DNA of 64,000 nucleotides. It comes from Heptranchias perlo. Lineage: Eukaryota. This document shows, in pieces, positions 34,701 through 45,794 of this stretch (position 1 is the first letter of the stretch; each line of letters opens with the position of its first letter). The notes beneath the pieces are model-generated. The model made no database searches, was not told the DNA's origin, and saw nothing but the letters and a program-made list of their open reading frames with translations. Where the stretch lies: assembly GCF_035084215.1 (NCBI RefSeq), contig NC_090333.1, forward strand, positions 45,322,001-45,386,000. The letters are read 5' to 3'. The translations under genes were made by a program, and so were the position numbers.

Positions 34701-37700
34701 ACTGTGCTGGCGAACATGCGTTGCTTATAAAAACCTTTCCTCAGACATGCAGACAAATCCAAACATTTCAATGTCATGATTGCAACTTTAAAACAACTGA
34801 ACCTCTACAATCTTGCACACTGGCAGTTATTCCAGTGTTGCTGCCAGTGCTCTAACTTTGCTTTTTAAAATAAACAAAATTAATTCAGAGCACCAGCATC
34901 CTCACCACATTTAGAACTGCTTCTAGTGGTAGCAGTTCCCCAGCATAAATGTACCATTAAAAAACTTAAGCTTTTGTTCTCCAATTTTGGTGAGGATTTC
35001 AATTTGGGTAGAATGCAAACCAAAATCAAAAGGGAATCAAGGAATATGGAGATAGGGCAGGAAAGTGGAGTTGAGGTAGAAGGTCAGCCACGATTTTACC
35101 GAATTGCTCATGGGGCAGTGTGGTCTACTCCTGCTCCTATTTCTTATGTTCTTAAAAGCTCAAGCAGAAAAGCGTTCAGACTTTGACACACGTTTGCAAA
35201 GTATAATAAAAGCTCTTTTTCATACAGTTGTCACCATTGCTAAAAATAGTCTCTTACCAATAAGGCTGATATAAAGTGTGTGAAAAAATTTGAAAAGAGC
35301 AGCATAATTAAAATAATACTGACCACTGAAAAAGAATTAGCATCCTCTATCAATTACCTACCAATGGAGTTCTCTCTTGAGCACAGCTTGCACTTCTGTA
35401 TCATACTGGCACTTCCTCTCCCACTTTTAAGTGGGACACTGTTCTGTACAAAACAACAACAACTTGCATTTATGTGGCACCTTTTAACATAGTAAGCATC
35501 CTAAGGCACTTCATGGGGGTGGGGGGCGATGAAGAGAGGGAAGAGAAGAAACAGACCAATTAAGGGAACAGACGGCAAACTACGAAGTGAGATATGAGGG
35601 GTGGGTGAAAGCTTGGTTGAAAAGGTGGGCTTTGAGGGAGGAGACACAGAGTTTGGGAGGGAGTTCCAGGGAGCAAGGTAAAGGCAGCTGACGGCTCTGT
35701 CACCAATGATAGGAAGAAAGGAAGGAGGATGTAGAAAAGGCCAGAATTGGAGGACCAAAGAGTGTGGGAATGGATACAAAGCTGGAGGAAGTTGCAGAGA
35801 CAGGTTGGGGTGAGGTCATGGAAGGATTTGAAGGTCAGGACAAGGTTTTAAATTCAATGTGTTGGGAGACTGAGAGACAATGTGAGGATGGGGTTATTGA
35901 ATTAGTGTGGAACACGATGCAGACAGCTGCTTTTTGGAGTTTATGGAGAAAGGAGGCTAGTGAGGAAGACATTAGTAAAAACAAGTCTAGTGGTGGCAGA
36001 AACATGGGTGAAGGTTTTAGCAGCAGATGGGCTGAGGTAGTGGTAGAGGAAGGGCAGTGTTGCAGAGATGGAAATGAGCAGTTATGGTAATGGATAGGAA
36101 GTTCTGATTTGAAGCTCAGTTCAGGGTCAAACAAGACACCAATGTTTTGGATGAATTGGTTCAAGGAAGTGGAGTTTGTGGTGGGAGCCATAAATGATGG
36201 CTTTAATCTTCTCAATGTTCAGCTGCAGGAAATTGTGACTGATCCATGACTTATTTGGGGTAATTTTGACTTTGTGTGACAGTGTAAAGCAGGTGATAGC
36301 GAATCGGCAGCCCGTTTTACATCTCTCCCGATTTTTATTTTCGTTGACTTCAATAGAAATAAAAATCGGGAAAGATGTACAATGGGCTGCTGATTCGCTA
36401 TCAACTGTTTTACACTGTCACACAAAGTCAAAATTACCCACAATGTCAGTGAGATAGCCTGACAGCTTCTTAACGGGGTCGAGAGAAATAGTGGACCTGT
36501 ACAGTTGGGTATCATCAGCAAACATATGGAAGTTGGCCCCTTGCCTGGAAAAGATACCTTGGAGGGGCTGCATTTATGAGGAAGAGGAAAGAGCCCTAGG
36601 ACAGATGCCTGGAAAACTCCAGAGGAAACGATGTGGAGGCAAAGAGAGAAACAAACCATTGCTGGAGAAGCACTGGCTGAGTTTGGACAGGTGGAACCAA
36701 GCAAGGCTGTCCCACAGAGCTGTAAGCAGAGGAGAGGCAATGGAAGAGGATAGTGTGGTGCACCATGTCAAGCTCTGTGGAGAGGTCAAGGAGTGATGGT
36801 GTACCACAATCGTGGTCATAGAGGGTGTCATTTGGAACACTAGCCAATGTTGGTGCTCTGAGCAAGGCCGAAGCCACACTAGAGGAATTTAAATGGTGAA
36901 ATTTGGGACGGAGCATGGAGCTGGGTGGTGGTGACATGGTTGAGGATCTTAAAGATAAGGAGGTTTGAGATGGGGTAATAGTCAGAGAGGATAGATGGGA
37001 GGAAGGTCATGATGGTAGTTTTGAAATAGAGATGAAAGGTACCTGATGAAATGGAGCCATTAACAATGTCACTTAACATAGGGGCCAGAGGCAGTAAGGA
37101 GGGACTCAAAAGAACAGGAAGTGAGATTCTCCCAGACGAAATGAGCATGGCGAGGGCAAGGCAAAGGGAGAGAAACTGCAAAGTGATGGCAATCAGTGTG
37201 GGTGGAAGTGGAAAGAGTTAAGAGGAAGGGAAGTCAGTGGTGGAGGTAGTTACATGAATGATCTCAATCTTGGAGACAAAGAAATACTTAAACTCTTCAT
37301 GCTTGGTATTGGAGGCGAGGCTGAAAGTGATGAGGAAAGTGGATTTGGGGAGATGATTGGCTATGGTGGTTATGGGGAAGAGGAATCTTCTGTTACCCAT
37401 TAGATGGAGCAGGCTGGGGGGAGGGAGGGACACACATCAGGATATCACTTTTTTAAAACAGCAATTATGGTCCAATGACCAAATACAAGGAACTTGTAGA
37501 GCTATTTCATTTCATTGATTAACGAAGAATGAGTAAAAGACATTCCCAAATACAACTCACCATTAATGTGATATATTGCCATTTATCAGAAACTTCTCCA
37601 CAATTCTGACATTTCAACTATTGCAAAAGCATACAGAAATTAGTTAAACACTAAAGAATAGTACAATATAAATCACTGAGTTATGCTACATTTAGGCAAT

Positions 37701-40700
37701 TTGTACTATCCATTATGTTAAGATTTAAGTTTTATATGGAAAGCTACATGTCCATACATAGCACCATCACAAGAACTGCAGTGGTTCAAGAAGAAAGCCC
37801 ACAATGACCCCATCAGGGCAACTAGGGATGGGAAATAAATGGGCCCTTGCCAGCATTGTCCACATTCCAAGGATAAAAAGTGTTTATAAGATATAAATAT
37901 TAAAAACTGACCTCCAGAGGAGTGATTTTCAATATTATTTTAAGTGATGATTGGGGTTTGGGCCATACTTTTCATACTGTACTTCAGCACAGGTTCACTA
38001 AATCAGAACTTGGTCTGTTGCATGTGGAACTGGTGATTAGGGCCCAATGAAATCTGGTAAGGTATGGATACAGCCCTAATAAACCCCATACTTTTAAACA
38101 AACATATAAATCCCAGCCCGCTAATACCTTGCCCAACTGGCCAATCTTAACATACTGATGAACCATGAAGGGCATCACAGCTGAGACCAATTCTGTCCAC
38201 AATGTACACACAATGGGAGTCATTGGGTAGCGACTAGAAGAAACAACCCTGGCTGACCACTCCCTCCCCCCACCCCTGACGATACCGGATTCTTTACTCT
38301 TAGTCTGGTTCAGCAAAAACCGAAAGCGAATACACTTGAAAGTTTTAACACCATTTATTAGCTGCAGCTGACCCTATCTATAGAATTGATTTCAACTCTT
38401 GACAGAGTCTGGTCAATCTCATAGAACAGGCAATTTACACAGTCAAAGTTCACACAATTATACATTTTCAGAGTGGGGAGGGACATGAGTAGCAAGGGGT
38501 TAAAACCAATCATAGGCTGAGTCTGGGCAAGCCATACTAACTGACATAATGACCGACCACTCACAGGTGATACCTGTTCATACGTAGGTCACAGGAAAGG
38601 GAGTCTCACTTATCTCAGGCCTGGGATGTTTTTCGACCTTGTCCGAAATAAGGATCCATTCATTAGGTAGCTGCAAAACAACACTCCCTACACCTGCTTA
38701 CCCCAGAATTCAGCTTATCATATCGCTTTGCTTGATTCATAATAAAGCATACATTTTCATACAGGAAATTAATAACATAAACGAATGATCAAGGATAAAC
38801 TCATTTGAAAAGCTCATTGTTCTAATTCTAGCTAGCAAAATGGGCCACTTATATTAACCCTTGGTTTACCATACTGCCATTTTGTTATGGAGGCATCTTA
38901 TTGAGCTACTGAAAGCTTACTACATATGCATTTCATTAGAGGGGCACCTCGTAGGTATTCTCACCCCTCCCCAATCCCCTGACCAACTGCACAGCCCCAC
39001 CACTGCTCTGGCTAAGATCAGTTAATTTGGCACAGGCCAGAGATTGGAGCTAGGACCTTCTGGTCTGCCTAGCTCAGTACTACACCACAGTGCAATTACT
39101 CACTGAGTTATCAGGGGAAGTTTCATAGAAATGTTTTTTCCTAGATTTTCAATGACATCATTAATTTCTAAACTTTAGCCTGGGCAAGACATTAAGACAT
39201 GTAGGGTCAGCACATTATTCTGTCCAATTAAACTAATGGATGGAAAATCAGGCAGGCGATACTTCTTGTCCAATTTTCCTCTATTAGGTGTCCTCAGCTG
39301 ATTTTTTTTACACAAGTCCAATTAGAGAAAAATCTGAACATGCTGGAAATACTCAAGTCAGGCAGCGTTTTCTGTTTTTATTTCAGATTTCCAGCATCCG
39401 CAGTATTTTGTTTTTGATTTAGAGAAAAATCTGTGCCCTGGAGTCTTACATATCCATTCATCTTGTACACACTTAAGACCAATGCACAACTCTTTGATAT
39501 GATCAGATTTATTCTACCCCTCTAAGAGCACTAACCCAGAGTATCCTTTTAGTATTGTTATAAGTCTAGTTTTGGACCATATAATCCTATTTCTTGAGGG
39601 ATGTCCAGACATATTTTAAATGTAACGATCACAAAAAATTGTCCTTTTTTAAAAAAAAAGTGACCTTTTCTATTTACATTTGTGCCTCATGGTGCGGGGG
39701 CTTCAATTACTAACGTTGTTATTAAAAGTTTGAATTGAATATTCATCATCAGCAAAGCAAATCTCAAACCTTATCCCCTATTCTGCCCACTGTCCAGTTT
39801 TGAGCTGCTTCTTTGCCATCCTGCAGTGAGTTTAACAGAGTCAAACAAAGCTCTCAAAACTAATTGTTTTTATAACATAAGTTTTGCTGTGTTAGTCACT
39901 GCAGGGTTTGAATAGAGCAGTAGGTTAGGTCGGGTCGGGCGGTCAGTAACTGGGTTCCCCTGCTGCACTGACAGAGAGAGATTTCATAGAGCAGTAGGTT
40001 AGGTTAGGTCGGGTGGGAGGTCAGACAGTAACTGGTTCCCCTGCTGCACTCAGACACATTCCATTGAGCAATGGGTCGGGTTAGTTTGGGTTTGGGTTTG
40101 GGCGGGGGGGGGTCAGACACATTCCATTTAGCAGTGGGTCGGGTAAGTTTGGGTTTGGTGGTGGGGGGGGGTCAGACACATTCCATTGAGCAGTGGGTCG
40201 GGTTAGTTTGGGTTTGGGGGGGGGGGGGGGGGTCAGACACATTCCATTGAGCAGTGGGTCGGGTTAGTTTGGGTTTGGGGGGGGGGGGGTCAGACACATT
40301 CCATTGAGCAGTGGGTCGGGTAAGTTTGGGTTTGGTGGTGGGGGGGGTCAGACACATTCCATTGAGCAGTGGGTCGGGTTAGTTTGGGTTTGGTGGGGGG
40401 GTCGGGTTAGTTTGGGTTTGGTGGTGGGGGGGGTCAGACACATTCCATTGAGCAGTGGGTCGGGTTAGTTTGGGTTTGGGGGGGGGGGGTCAGACACATT
40501 CCATTGAGCAGTGGGTCGGGTTAGTTTGGGTTTGGGGGGGGGGGGGGGGGTCAGACACATTCCATTGAGCAGTGGGTCGGGTTAGTTTGGGTTTGGGGGG
40601 GGGGGGGTCAGACACATTCCATTGAGCAGTGGGTCGGGTTAGTTTGGGTTTGGGGGGGGGGTCAGACATATTCCATTGAGCAGTGGGTCGGGTTAGTTTG

Positions 40701-43700
40701 GGTTTGGGGGGGGGGTCAGACATATTCCATTGAGCAGTGGGTCGGGTTAGTTTGGGTTTGGGGGGGGGGGGTCAGACACATTCCATTGAGCAGTTGGTCG
40801 GGTTAGTTTGGGTTTGGTGGGGGGGTTGGGTTAGTTTGGGTTTGGTGGGGGGGTCGGGTTAGTTTGGGTTTGGTGGTCCGGGGGGGGGGGGGGGGGGGGG
40901 GGTCGGGTTAGTTTGGGTTTGGGGGGGGGGGGGGGGGGTCGGTCGGGTTAATTTGGGTTTGGTGGTCCGGGGGGGGTTGGTCTGGGTTTGGTGGTGGGGG
41001 GGGGGGGGGGGTTAGTCTGGTTTTGGTGGTGGGGGGGGGGGTTAGTTTGGGTTTGGTGGTGGGGGGGGGGGTTAGTTTGGGTTTGGTGGTCCGGGGGGGG
41101 GGGGGTCGGGTTAGTCTGGGTTTGGTGGTGGGGGGGGTTAGTCTGGGTTTGGTGGGGGGGGGGGGTTAGTTTGGGTTTGGTGGTGGGGGGGGGGTTAGTT
41201 TGGGTTTGGTGGTCCGGGGGGGGGGGTTGGGTTAGTCTGGGTTTGGTGGGGGGTCGGGTTAGTCTGGGTTTGGTGGGGGGGGGTTAGTTTGGGTTTGGTG
41301 GGGGGGGGGCGGGTTAGTCTGGGTTTGGTGGGGGGTCGGGTTAGTTTGGGTTTCGTGGTGGGGGGGGGGGTTAGTCTGGGTTTGGTGGGGGGGGGGGGTC
41401 GGGTTAGTTTGGGTTTCGTGGGGGGGGGGGTCGGGTTAGTCTGGGTTTGGTGGGGGGGGGGTTAGTTTGGGTTTGGTGGGGGGGGGTCGGGTTAGTTTGG
41501 GTTTGGTGGGGGGGGTGGGGGGGTCGGGTTCGTCTGGGTTTGGTGAGGGGGGGGGTTAGTTTGGGTTTGGTGGTCCGGGGGGGGGGGTTTGTTTGGGTTT
41601 GGTGGGGGGGGGGGGTTTGTTTGGGTTTGGTGGGGGGGGGGGGGTCGGGTTAGTCTGGGTTTGGTGGGGGGGGGGGGTTAGTTTGGGTTTGGTGGGGGGG
41701 GGGGGTTGGGTTAGTCTGGGTTTGGTGGGGGGGGGGTCGGGTTTGTTTGGGTTTGGTGGTCCGGGGGGGGGGGGGGTCGGGTTAGTTTGGGTTTGGTGGG
41801 GGGGGGGGGGTTAGTTTGGGTTTGGTGGGGGGGGGGGTCGGGTTAGTTTGGGTTTGGTGGGGGGGGGGGTCGGGTTAGTTTGGGTTTGGTGGTCCGGGAG
41901 GGGGGTTAGTTTGGGTTTGGTGGTCCGGGGGGGGGTTAGTTTGGGTTTGGTGGTCCGGGGGGGGGGGGTCGGGTTAGTTTGGGTTTGGTGGGGGGGGGGG
42001 GGGTTAGTTTGGGTTTGGTGGTCTGGGGGGGGGTTAGTTTGGGTTTGGTGGGGGGGGGGGTTAGTCTGGGTTTGATGGTCCGGGGGGGGGGTTAGTTTGG
42101 GTTTGGTGGTCCGGGGGGGGTTAGTTTGGGTTTGGTGGGGGAGGGGGGTCAGTTTGGGTTTGGTGGTCCGGGGGGGGTTAGTTTGGGTTTGGTGGGGGGG
42201 GGGGGTTAGTTTGGGTTTGGTGGGGGGGGGGGGGTTAGTTTGGGTTTGGTGGGGGGGGGGGGTTAGTTTGGGTTTGGTGGGGGGGGGGTTAGTTTGGGTT
42301 TGGTGGTCCGGGGGGGGTTAGTTTGGGTTTGGTGGTCCGGGGGGGTTAGTCTGGGTTTGATGGTCCGGGGGGGGGGGTTAGTTTGGGTTTGGTGGTCCGG
42401 GGGGGGTTAGTTTGGGTTTGGTGGGGGGGGGGGGTTAGTTTGGGTTTGGTGGGGGGGGGGGGTTAGTTTGGGTTTGGTGGGGGGGGGGTTAGTTTGGGTT
42501 TGGTGGGGGGGGGATAGTTTGGGTTTGGTGGTGGGGGGGGGGTTAGTTTGGGTTTGGTGGGGGGGGTTTAGTTTGGGTTTGGTGGGGGGGGGGGTTTAGT
42601 TTGGGTTTGGTGGGGGGGGGGGGGGTTAGTTTGGGTTTGGTGGTCTGGGGGGGGGTTAGTTTGGGTTTGGTGGGGGGGGGGATAGTTTGGGTTTGGTGGT
42701 GGGGGGGGGGTTAGTTTGGGTTTGGTGGGGGGGGTTTAGTTTGGGTTTGGTGGGGGGGGGGGTTTAGTTTGGGTTTGGTGGGGGGGGGGGGTTAGTTTGG
42801 GTTTGGTGGTCTGGGGGGGGGTTAGTTTGGGTTTGGTGGGGGGGGGGGGTTTAGTTTGGGTTTGGTGGGGGGGGGTTAGTTTGGGTTTGGTGGGGGGGGG
42901 TTACTTTGGGTTTGGTGGGGGGGGGTTAGTTTGGGTTTGGTGGGGGGGGGGGTTAGTTTGGGTTTGGTGGTCTGGGGGGGTTTAGTTTGGGTTTGGTGGG
43001 GGGGGGGGTTAGTCTGGGTTTGGTGGGGGGGGGGTTAGTCTGGGTTTGGTGGTGGGGGGGGTTAGTTTGGGTTTGGTGGGGGGGGGGGTTGGGTTAGTTT
43101 GGGTTTGGTGGTCTGGGGGGGGTTAGTTTGGGTTTGGTGGTGGGGGGGGTTAGTTTGGGTTTGGTGGTGGGGGGGGTTAGTTTGGGTTTGGTGGTGGGGG
43201 GGGTTAGTTTGGGTTTGGTGGTGGGGGGGGTTAGTTTGGGTTTGGTGGTGGGGGGGGTTAGTTTGGGTTTGGTGGTGGGGGGGGTTAGTTTGGGTTTGGT
43301 GGTGGGGGGGGTTAGTTTGGGTTTGGTGGGGGGGGGGGTTAGTCTGGGTTTGGTGGTCCGGGGGGGGGGGTTAGTTTGGGTTTGGTGGGGGGGGGGTTAG
43401 TCTGGGTTTGGTGGTCCGGGGGGGGGGGGTTAGTTTGGGTTTGGTGGGGGGGGGGGGGGTTAGTCTGGGTTTGGTGGTCCGGGGGGGGGGGTTAGTTTAG
43501 GTTTGGTGGGGGGGGGGGGGTTAGTCTGGGTTTGGTGGTCCGGGGGGGGGGTTAGTTTGGGTTTGGTGGGGGGGGGTTAGTCTGGGTTTGGTGGTCCGGG
43601 GGGGGGGGGTTAGTTTGGGTTTGGTGGGGGGGGGGGGTTAGTCTGGGTTTGGTGGTCCGGGGGGGGGGGTTAGTTTGGGTTTGGTGGGGGGGGGGTTAGT

Positions 43701-44629
43701 CTGGGTTTGGTGGTCCGGGGGGGGTTAGTTTGGGTTTGGTGGTCCGGGGGGGGGGGGGTTAGTCTGGGTTTGGTGGTCCGGGGGGGGGTTAGTTTGGGTT
43801 TGGTGGTCCGGGGGGGGTTAGTCTGGGTTTGGTGGTCCGGGGGGGGGGGGGGGGTTAGTCTGGGTTTGGTGGTCCGGGGGGGGGTTAGTCTGGGTTTGGT
43901 GGTCCGGGGGGGGTTAGTCTGGGTTTGGTGGTCCGGGGGGGGGTTAGTTTGGGTTTGGTGGTCCGGGGGGGGTTAGTCTGGGTTTGGTGGTCCGGGGGGG
44001 GGGTTAGTTTGGGTTTGGTGGTCCGGGGGGGGGGGTTAGTCTGGGTTTGGTGGTGGGGGGGGTTAGTTTGGGTTTGGTGGTCCGGGTGGGGTTAGTTTGG
44101 GTTTGGTGGTCCGGGGGGGGTTAGTCTGGGTTTGGTGGTCCGGGGGGGGGGTTAGTTTGGGTTTGGTGGTCCGGGGGGGGGGGGGGGTTAGTCTGGGTTT
44201 GGTGGTGGGGGGGGTTAGTTTGGGTTTGGTGGTCCGGGGGGGGTTAGTTTGGGTTTGGTGGGGGGGGGGGGGTTAGTTTGGGTTTGGTGGGGGGGGGGTT
44301 AGTTTGGGTTTGGGGGGGGGGGGGGTTAGTCTGGGTTTGGTGGTCCGGGGGGGGTGGGGTTAGTCTGGGTTTGGTGGTCCGGGGGGGGTTAGTTTGGGTT
44401 TGGTGGTCCGGGGGGGGGGGGTCAGACACATTCCATTGAGCAGCACCACCTTCAGGAACCAGCGGAAATCATCGCCGTCCGGCCGCACCTTGCTGATATT
44501 TTCCAAAGTCGCTTTAAACTGGAGCCCAAACCTCTGCAAACAAGAGAGTGTAACCTGGAGATTAAAAACCCTGCGGACACGCAATAAAAAGTGAAATAAA
44601 TAAATCTCCCAAACCGTCACACTCACCAT
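28650..44629 (-). CDS. CZIB: CXXC motif containing zinc binding protein (C1orf123/DUF866); join(44629..44627, 44533..44450, 37617..37561, 35443..35362, 32662..32631, 32426..32349, 29484..29419, 28727..28650), about 159 aa
   Basis: Spliced product M|[28 protein letters not shown]|[19 protein letters not shown]|[27 protein letters not shown]|[11 protein letters not shown]|[26 protein letters not shown]|[22 protein letters not shown]|[25 protein letters not shown]. Two CXXC motifs; position between CPT2 and MAGOH. Confidence 0.96.
29419..29484 (-). CDS. CZIB: CZIB exon 7
   Basis: ctttag|GCT GGA TTT GCC...GAA AAG|gtgagc; 66 nt. Confidence 0.95.
29710..30010 (+). repeat. Pyrimidine-rich (CT) low-complexity tract
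   Basis: About 300 nt dominated by C and T. Confidence 0.8.
30045..32260 (-). mobile_element. Degenerate L2 LINE (ORF2 RT region)
   Basis: [62 protein letters not shown]. Confidence 0.9.
32349..32426 (-). CDS. CZIB: CZIB exon 6
   Basis: actaag|GCT GAG GAC...CCA CAG|gtaaat; FECRGLEP motif; 78 nt. Confidence 0.95.
32631..32662 (-). CDS. CZIB: CZIB exon 5
   Basis: ttttag|AT ATT CTT AAG GAC ACC ATC AAG CCT TAC AAT|gtaagt; 32 nt. Confidence 0.92.
33485..34215 (-). mobile_element. L2 LINE 3' fragment
   Basis: ORF 33692..34300 ([37 protein letters not shown]); tail ataaatgcaag. Confidence 0.92.
35362..35443 (-). CDS. CZIB: CZIB exon 4 (second CXXC)
   Basis: gtacag|AAC AGT GTC...TCC ATT G|gtaggt; 82 nt. 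Confidence 0.95.
35452..37430 (-). mobile_element. Degenerate L2 LINE interrupted by a MITE
   Basis: [34 protein letters not shown]; tail aaatgcaagttgttgttg at 35452-35471. Confidence 0.85.
36257..36440. mobile_element. Hairpin MITE (near-perfect palindrome of about 184 bp)
   Basis: ggggtaattttgactttgtgtgacagtgtaaa ... tttacactgtcacacaaagtcaaaattaccc with centre ttgacttcaa. Confidence 0.85.
37561..37617 (-). CDS. CZIB: CZIB exon 3 (first CXXC)
   Basis: caatag|TTG AAA TGT CAG AAT TGT...TTA ATG|gtgagt; 57 nt. Confidence 0.95.
39337..39418. mobile_element. Miniature Penelope-type insertion with 15-bp TSD
   Basis: Core agatttccagcatccgcagtattttg; TSD ttagagaaaaatctg at 39322-39336 and 39419-39433. 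Confidence 0.65.
39910..44443 (+). repeat. G-rich compound minisatellite in CZIB intron 2
   Basis: Two units of about 75 bp, then units of about 58 bp (tcagacacattccattgagcagtgggtcgggttagtttgggtttgg-Gn), then over 100 units of about 27-32 bp (ttagt[t/c]tgggtttggtgg[tcc]-Gn). Confidence 0.97.
44450..44533 (-). CDS. CZIB: CZIB exon 2
   Basis: tttgcag|AGG TTT GGG CTC CAG...CTG AAG|gtggtg; 84 nt. Confidence 0.93.
44627..44629 (-). CDS. CZIB: CZIB exon 1 coding part (ATG only)
   Basis: caagATG|gtgagt consensus donor directly after the start codon. An alternative donor 6 nt later (gtgacg) is possible. Confidence 0.7.
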
Positions 44630-44697
44630 CTTGAACTCGCCGCAAAATCAATTTACGGCCTGTCGGAATAAAAGTAATCACGACAACTCCAGCAGCT

Positions 44698-44720
44698 GCA
44701 GCGCCCTCTCCAGGTGGCCA
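44698..44720 (-). promoter_or_regulatory. CTCF-like motif in CZIB promoter
   Basis: Minus strand tggccacctggagagggcgctgc resembles the CTCF core CCASYAGRKGGCRS; lies about 70 nt upstream of the ATG in a CpG-containing patch. Confidence 0.4.
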
Positions 44721-44773
44721 AAAAATTGAGGCAAAAGGAGCCGAAGCAATTTGTTAAAGCAACATCTGGATTT

Positions 44774-44804
44774 ATTTCAGATTTCCAGCATCCGCAGTAT
44801 TTTG
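44774..44804. mobile_element. 31-bp Penelope-type terminal fragment with 10-bp TSD
   Basis: atttcagatttccagcatccgcagtattttg flanked by atctggattt at 44764-44773 and 44805-44814. Confidence 0.6.
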
Positions 44805-44949
44805 ATCTGGATTTGTGTTTTGAGTCGGGTGGAAAGTACTATTCATCGAGATGAATTTAATAGTTATGGATTAAAGGAGTATTGTCAACAATTTAGGAAG
44901 AGAGAGTCAAATTTTACACCACAACTTTTTGTTTTGCATGCCTACCGTA

Positions 44950-45180
44950 GCGATTATGTTACTGGACTGATAATCTAGAGCATATGAGTTCAATTTCACC
45001 ATGGCTGTTTGAGAATTTGAAGTCAGCTTTTTTTTAAATCTGGAAATAAAAATATGACATCAGTAAAAGTGACCATGAAGCTGTTGGATTGTTGTAAAAA
45101 CCCAACTGGGTCATTAATGTCCTTTAGGGAAGGAAACCTGCTGTCCTTAGCTAGTCTGGCCTATATGTGACTCCACATTA
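44950..45180 (+). mobile_element. SINE fragment (tRNA-like head, family uncertain)
   Basis: gagttcaatttcaccatggc B-box-like motif, then gtgaccatgaagctgttggattgttgtaaaaacccaactgg...ggaaggaaacctgc. Confidence 0.55.
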
Positions 45181-45794
45181 TGTAAAAACTGTCCTTTATT
45201 ATGCAAGTGTATTAAACCCTCTTTTCTCTCCCGTTTCCCCAAGGTCATGCACCTCCTTCAGCTGTTTCATATTGCAATGTCTGCGAGCATTACTCACAGC
45301 TGACTACTAGGCAATGTTAAGTAGTGAACCATAATTCACCCTCCCCATAGCTGCAAAGCAGGTTAAGAATTCAGCACCATATAGGAAAATTAAATCTCCA
45401 TCCCACCAATGCTGAGGTCAAACAAATCACCCTATCATTAATCACTCTTTCTAATATCCAGAATTGTATCCAATTCACAAGCATATAGTTACTAACTAAA
45501 GATCATCTTGTGTTCAATAATGGAGCCTACCTTCTTTGGTATGCCTTCCATATTTTTGTCAGTTAAACACTGATCAATTTCTCATAGAACTATTAAGCAT
45601 TCAAAACTAACGCATTACCTGTAGAATTGCTCAGGGATAAAATTAGTTTTCTGGAACAGCTTGTGAAATACTATAATTAGCAGATGTACAAATGAAGATA
45701 TTTTCTTTTTTAATATAGTTACATAAATGAATGAATGGTGGTGTTGCTCAAAGAAAAAAAAACTTTCCCTCTATTTAACATTTTTTTGTCTATA

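Noticed and set aside
37900-38900. Non-repeat-looking segment in CZIB intron 2 with short ORFs
   Set aside because: No recognisable domain, exon, TIR, LTR or RNA structure could be supported by eye.
40050-40800. Regularly spaced repeats resembling a CRISPR array
   Set aside because: The spacers are only poly-G of variable length, the context is a vertebrate intron, and there are no cas genes.
40800-44420. Interstitial telomere
   Set aside because: The unit is ttagtttgggtttgg-Gn, not tandem TTAGGG.
40172-44429. Many Gly/Trp/Val-rich or Pro-rich ORFs ([17 protein letters not shown])
   Set aside because: They are translations of the minisatellite, with frames set by variable G-run length.
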